Below, in pieces: positions 59,871 to 64,000 of a DNA stretch of 64,000 bases. The stretch comes from Betaproteobacteria bacterium HGW-Betaproteobacteria-12. Lineage in GTDB: Bacteria; Pseudomonadota; Gammaproteobacteria; Burkholderiales; Rhodocyclaceae. The stretch spans positions 2,404 to 66,403 of the forward strand of contig PHCU01000018.1 of assembly GCA_002842345.1 (NCBI GenBank). The letters are read 5' to 3'. The position numbers and the translations under genes were made by a program. Numbering within the stretch: the first letter of the stretch is position 1; each line of letters opens with the position of its first letter. Below the pieces are notes generated by a model that saw only the letters and a list, made by a program, of their open reading frames with translations, had not been told where the DNA came from and searched no databases.

Positions 59871-60512
59871 CTACCAGCGCAGCAATGAATTTCCCACCCA
59901 AACTCCAGCACCTGCCGGAATTAGCATCCCCAACAAGTACCAGAAACCGACGAAGGGTGCCCCCAGTTCGGGACAGTGCAAACAATAAACGACGGCAGCA
60001 ACGGATCCGGAAAGTAGACCGGCAGCAAAACCGGCCAGCCGCGGTCGGGTCGGGGCGAGGTCCTTCATGGTGCGCAGCACGGCGGCAAACACCGGCACTG
60101 AGAGCATGGCAATCAGTAAGGGGCAGGATTTCCAGGTATCGCCAAAGAAAAGCTTCGAGCGCTCCATCGGTTCGGCCTCGATCAGCGAGAAGGCAGCAAT
60201 GGCCCAGATACCCAGGACAGGGAGGCCGAGCGCGACTGGCACCCAGTTGATTTCTGCGCCCGGCCGCGACAAGCGGAGCGCGGCGAACAGGCTCCCAGCG
60301 GCAAGCCAGGCGACAAATCCGACTTTGATCCAGAACATTGGCATCAGAAGCGTTTGCCCGAGATCATGACGGACTTGCAAGAGGGCGAGCATGAGCAGCA
60401 TGGCGCCCGCAGCACCCCAGGCGATGGCCACCGCGTAGCGCTGCGCGGCGGCTGGTGCCTCGACGGCATCGGCGCCAGTAGCTAGCATGGTGATCAGGTC
60501 TTCAGTTTTCAT
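59871..60512 (-). CDS. nrsF: Anti-sigma factor NrsF (DUF1109)
   Basis: [33 protein letters not shown]; coupled to sigF. Confidence 0.88.
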   Translation of the reverse strand: MKTEDLITMLATGADAVEAPAAAQRYAVAIAWGAAGAMLLMLALLQVRHDLGQTLLMPMFWIKVGFVAWLAAGSLFAALRLSRPGAEINWVPVALGLPVLGIWAIAAFSLIEAEPMERSKLFFGDTWKSCPLLIAMLSVPVFAAVLRTMKDLAPTRPRLAGFAAGLLSGSVAAVVYCLHCPELGAPFVGFWYLLGMLIPAGAGVWVGNSLLRW

Positions 60513-61081
60513 AGGACACCTCGTATCTTGGCGGCGAGCGCCTTCAAGCCGCGATGGACGCCGACTTTGATGGCCGATTCCGACATCCCGCTCAAATCAG
60601 CCGCCTCCTTGACCGACAATCCTTCCAGCTTGGTGTGCACAATCGGCAGACGGAACTGATCGGGCAAATCGGCCAGCAATTTGTTCAGATCCCGACGTGC
60701 CTCGGCGGCCTCCGAATCAGCCGTGGTGAATAGTTCCATTTCCTCATCCAGCGGATCGTTCAACAGGTCATGCGCAGCCCGCCGCCTAAGCAGATCGATC
60801 AGCTTGTAGCGGGCGATGGCCTGCACCCAGGCCGACAAGGGCTGAGCGGCATCATAGGTATGGAGCTGGTTATGCACGGCAAGGAGAGATTCCTGCACTA
60901 GATCCTCGATTTCGTCTGGCAAGCGAACAAGGCGTCGTCGCAGAAAGGCGCGCAGATGCGCGCTCAATTCCGTCAAAAACACCTGATAGGCGGCGTTGTC
61001 GCCGGCAAGACCCCGTACCAGCAGATCCTTCAGGCGATCTTCCCTGGCACGAAACCCTACTTCTCTATTTATTCGTTGCAT
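60509..61081 (-). CDS. sigF: ECF sigma factor SigF (ECF16-like)
   Basis: [47 protein letters not shown]. Confidence 0.88.
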   Translation of the reverse strand: MQRINREVGFRAREDRLKDLLVRGLAGDNAAYQVFLTELSAHLRAFLRRRLVRLPDEIEDLVQESLLAVHNQLHTYDAAQPLSAWVQAIARYKLIDLLRRRAAHDLLNDPLDEEMELFTTADSEAAEARRDLNKLLADLPDQFRLPIVHTKLEGLSVKEAADLSGMSESAIKVGVHRGLKALAAKIRGVL

Positions 61082-61097
61082 CGATGCCTTTGGTTAC
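61072..61097 (-). promoter_or_regulatory. SigF-type promoter (leftward)
   Basis: Minus strand GTAACC-N16-CGAA; overlaps the sigF ATG. Confidence 0.65.
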
Positions 61098-61153
61098 AGC
61101 AGCCGGAAAAAATACCGGCCGATGTCTTGGGGAAACAAATTTTGCCTGAGCTT

Positions 61154-61179
61154 GTAACCGTTCGCCACCTTCTGCCGAA
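61154..61179 (+). promoter_or_regulatory. SigF-type promoter for yedZ-yedY-mrpX-msrA
   Basis: GTAACC-N16-CGAA upstream of yedZ. Confidence 0.8.
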
Positions 61180-61218
61180 CTACCTTGCATACAGGATAGC
61201 AAACGGGCAAGCCTTGAA

Positions 61219-61824
61219 ATGGTTAGCATGGCCAACAACACTAATCTCATTCACCCGCTCTGGATACGCATCACGCATTGGGTCAATGCGCTCGCAGTAG
61301 TCATTCTGGCGATGAGCGGCTGGCGCATATACGACGCCTCGCCCTTTTTTCCCTTCGTCATTTCCGGGCAGATCACCTTGGGCGGGTGGCTGGGCGGCGC
61401 AATTCAGTGGCATTTCGCGGCGATGTGGCTGCTGGTCGGCAATGGCCTGATCTACCTGACGTGCAACATAGTCAGCGGACGCCTGTGGCGCAAGTTCTTG
61501 CCGTGGTCGCCGCGCGCCTTTCTGGCCGATGTTCTGGCCGCCCTGAGAGGCAAGCTGTCGCATGACGATCTGAGTCACTACAACATGGTGCAACGGGCCG
61601 CCTATCTTTTCGTGATACTCGATTCAGTACTGCTGGTGCTGTCCGGCCTGGTGCTCTGGAAATCGGTGCAGTTCCCTTTCCTGCGCGAACTACTCGGCGG
61701 CTACGAAGCGGCGCGGCGGGAACATTTCCTGGCGATGGCTGCGCTGGTGGCCTTCGCCGGCATCCATCTGCTCATGGTGGCGCTGGTTCCGCGCACGCTG
61801 CTGGCCATGATCCGCGGTCGTTAG
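61219..61824 (+). CDS. yedZ: Cytochrome b partner of YedY (YedZ-like)
   Basis: RITHWVNA, QWHFAAMW, YNMVQR, conserved His residues in TM helices. Confidence 0.8.
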   Translation: MVSMANNTNLIHPLWIRITHWVNALAVVILAMSGWRIYDASPFFPFVISGQITLGGWLGGAIQWHFAAMWLLVGNGLIYLTCNIVSGRLWRKFLPWSPRAFLADVLAALRGKLSHDDLSHYNMVQRAAYLFVILDSVLLVLSGLVLWKSVQFPFLRELLGGYEAARREHFLAMAALVAFAGIHLLMVALVPRTLLAMIRGR

Positions 61825-61836
61825 GGAGAAATCGAC

Positions 61837-62625
61837 ATGATCAAGAAACCTTCCCGGCAACTCGGCTTCAATGGCGAGCTTCTGCTCAAGGACGCTATTA
61901 AGGATATGGGGCGTCATCTCGACCAGCCGACCCGGCGCGTCTTCCTGCAACGTTCGCTGAGCCTCGGTGGACTCTCATTGCTCAGCGGTTGCGCCGTGGT
62001 CGATGAAAGCAGCGTCGAAGAAGCACTGATGAAAGTCTCCCGTTTCAACGACAAGGTCCAGGCCTGGCTGTTCGACCCCAACCGGCTGGCCCCAACCTAT
62101 CCGGATTCGATGATTGCCCGCCCTTTCCCGTTCAACGCCTACTACGGCGAGGACGAGATCCGGGAGGTGGAGGAGGAAAGTTATCGCCTGGAAGTGACTG
62201 GCCTTGTCGCCGACAAGCACGCTTGGACACTTGCCGAGTTGCGCGCCATGCCGCAAACCAACCAGATCACCCGCCATATTTGCGTCGAGGGCTGGAGCGC
62301 CATCGGCAAATGGGGGGGCGTGCCGTTTGCCAGTTTCCTGCGTCGGGTCGGCGCCGATCTGAGTGCCAAGTATGTTGGCTTCAAATGCGCCGATGACTAC
62401 TACACCAGCATCGACATGCCGACGGCCCTGCATCCGCAAACCCTGCTGACGCTGACCTACGACAGCCAGCCGCTACCACCGCGTTACGGTTTCCCGATGA
62501 AGCTGCGCATGCCGACCAAGCTCGGCTACAAGAACCCGAAACACATTCAAGCCATTTTTGTTACCAATACCTACCCCGGGGGCTACTGGGAAGATCAGGG
62601 GTACAACTGGTTCGGCGGCAGTTGA
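61837..62625 (+). CDS. yedY: Sulfite-oxidase-family molybdoenzyme, YedY/MsrP-like methionine sulfoxide reductase
   Basis: Tat motif TRRVFL, HICVEGWS..WGGV, GFPMKLRMP..GYKNPK, GGYWEDQGY. Confidence 0.82.
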   Translation: MIKKPSRQLGFNGELLLKDAIKDMGRHLDQPTRRVFLQRSLSLGGLSLLSGCAVVDESSVEEALMKVSRFNDKVQAWLFDPNRLAPTYPDSMIARPFPFNAYYGEDEIREVEEESYRLEVTGLVADKHAWTLAELRAMPQTNQITRHICVEGWSAIGKWGGVPFASFLRRVGADLSAKYVGFKCADDYYTSIDMPTALHPQTLLTLTYDSQPLPPRYGFPMKLRMPTKLGYKNPKHIQAIFVTNTYPGGYWEDQGYNWFGGS

Positions 62626-62696
62626 GCAATCCCGCACAACTGTCCTGAATACCCGGCATTTCTGCCGCTCACTTATCAACCACAACGGAGTCCACC

Positions 62697-62978
62697 ATGA
62701 AAACGATCATTTCCAGCATTTTTGCCGCCTGTTTGATGCTTGCCGGTACCACCGCCTTTGCCGACGATATGATGAAAAAAGACGCGATGCCTGCCGACGG
62801 CATGGCCAAGGATGGCATGAAGAAAGATCCGATGTCCAAGGACCACATGGCCAAGGACGGTATGAAAAAAGATGCGATGACCAAGGATGGGATGGCCAAA
62901 GATGTCATGAAGAAGGACGCCATGAAGAAGGCCCCGATGGCCAAAGACGCGATGGGCAAGGACGAAATGAAGAAGTAG
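62697..62978 (+). CDS. mrpX: Methionine-rich periplasmic peptide MrpX (MXKDX pentapeptide repeats)
   Basis: Sec signal ending AFA, then about 13 M-x-K-D-x-type repeats. Confidence 0.9.
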   Translation: MKTIISSIFAACLMLAGTTAFADDMMKKDAMPADGMAKDGMKKDPMSKDHMAKDGMKKDAMTKDGMAKDVMKKDAMKKAPMAKDAMGKDEMKK

Positions 62979-63116
62979 GCGCCGAAGGTGGGGGTCAGAA
63001 CAGGTTTGCCTAGCGACATGGTAAGCAACTGACCCCGCCATCGCGTTGGCAAGCCTGGCCTGCTGTTAAAACGATGCCAAGCCTAGCGGGTGCGCAAGGC
63101 GAATCAGGAGTGAAAT

Positions 63117-63779
63117 ATGTTTTTTAAGTCCAGATCAACGAAGTTCGGCATCCTGGCGCTGGTTGCAAGGCTGGTTCTCGCTGTCTTGATACCCACCCAT
63201 GCCGTTTCGGCGCTGGCCGAGAGCAAGGCGGAGAGCGCCATGACGGGATTGCAGACCGCCGTTTTCGCTGGCGGCTGTTTCTGGGGCGTCGATGCGGTGT
63301 TCAAGCACGTCAAGGGCGTGGCCAGCGTCGAGTCGGGCTACGCTGGCGGCAGCGCCGGCAAGGCCAATTACAAAGCGGTTAGCAGCGGACGGACAGGTCA
63401 TGCCGAAGCCGTGCGCGTGCGCTTCAATCCGGCGCAGGTCACGTATCCGCAGTTGCTGCAAGTCTTCTTTATCGTCGCCCATGACCCGACGCAACTCAAC
63501 CGGCAAGGCCCGGATGTTGGCAGCCAATATCGTTCGGCGATTTTCTTCACCGATACCGAACAGCAAAAACTTGCCTTAGCGCAGATCCAGCAACTCTCCA
63601 CCGATCGTACGTATGGCAAACCCGTCGTGACGCAAGTCACCGCGTTGCAACAGTTCAATCTCGCCGAACCTTACCACCAGAACTATCTGGCCCTGCATCC
63701 TACCCAGCCCTACATTGTCATCAACGACCAGCCCAAGATCGAGCATCTCCGAAAACAGTTCCCGGCCCTGTATCAATAA
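63117..63779 (+). CDS. msrA: Peptide methionine sulfoxide reductase MsrA with signal peptide
   Basis: AGGCFWG, TGHAEAV, HDPTQLNRQGPD.G.QYRSAIF, AEPYHQNY. Confidence 0.93.
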   Translation: MFFKSRSTKFGILALVARLVLAVLIPTHAVSALAESKAESAMTGLQTAVFAGGCFWGVDAVFKHVKGVASVESGYAGGSAGKANYKAVSSGRTGHAEAVRVRFNPAQVTYPQLLQVFFIVAHDPTQLNRQGPDVGSQYRSAIFFTDTEQQKLALAQIQQLSTDRTYGKPVVTQVTALQQFNLAEPYHQNYLALHPTQPYIVINDQPKIEHLRKQFPALYQ

Positions 63780-64000
63780 GCAAGTTGGAAATCTTATGTT
63801 GACCGCTATAGGGTGGCTTTCAATCTGCTCAGTCATCTGGAGGTGATTCTGCTTCAACACTGAATGCACAGCTTGAGAGATATCAAGTTCAGCTTGCTGA
63901 TTGGGAAAACTGCCCATCTTGCAAAACCCCCGAGGGGAAAGCCATCAGCATGCCAACCAACTTTTGATCCATGCCGTGATAGAGCATTTGGGTGTTGACC

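Noticed and set aside
62760-62975. 15-bp periodic repeats resembling an array
   Set aside because: They encode the MXKDX pentapeptides of MrpX; there are no constant repeats with unique spacers, so this is not CRISPR.
63780-64000. Possible gene or integrase end at the right edge
   Set aside because: Only short open frames without convincing motifs; cannot be called from this window.

Overview
This window looks like a Rhodocyclaceae-type betaproteobacterial chromosome (Dechloromonas/Azonexus/Azospira-like, inferred from gene content). It has three blocks. (1) 1-24.7 kb is a flagellar cluster: flgIJKL, fliRQPONMLKJIHGF, an FleS/FleR-like two-component pair, fliE, ycgR, fliS, fliD, flaG and a very short fliC, with clear sigma-54 and sigma-28 promoters. 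flgJ is split by a frameshift. (2) 24.8-38.9 kb is a flagellin glycosylation island: a giant multi-domain glycosyltransferase, TagF/TagD glycerol-phosphate enzymes, several methyltransferases, an ATP-grasp/HAD fusion and a VioA-like aminotransferase, headed by a GGDEF diguanylate cyclase. (3) From tRNA-Thr(TGT) at 38.9 kb to the window end is a genomic island. It starts with a DUF932/YqaJ recombination module and continues into a perchlorate-reduction island: moaA, tatA, pcrO, pcrQ, cld, pcrDCBA, an ISL3 remnant, pcrR/S/P, a cupin, and the nrsF-sigF-yedZ-yedY-mrpX-msrA reactive-chlorine response. The perchlorate genes are a known system. The least-explained parts are the predicted glycerophosphate/methyl/amino-sugar flagellin glycan pathway, the hairpin-punctuated recombination module at the island's tRNA end, and the island's cis-regulatory architecture. 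All calls come from motif recognition by eye; no database searches were run.
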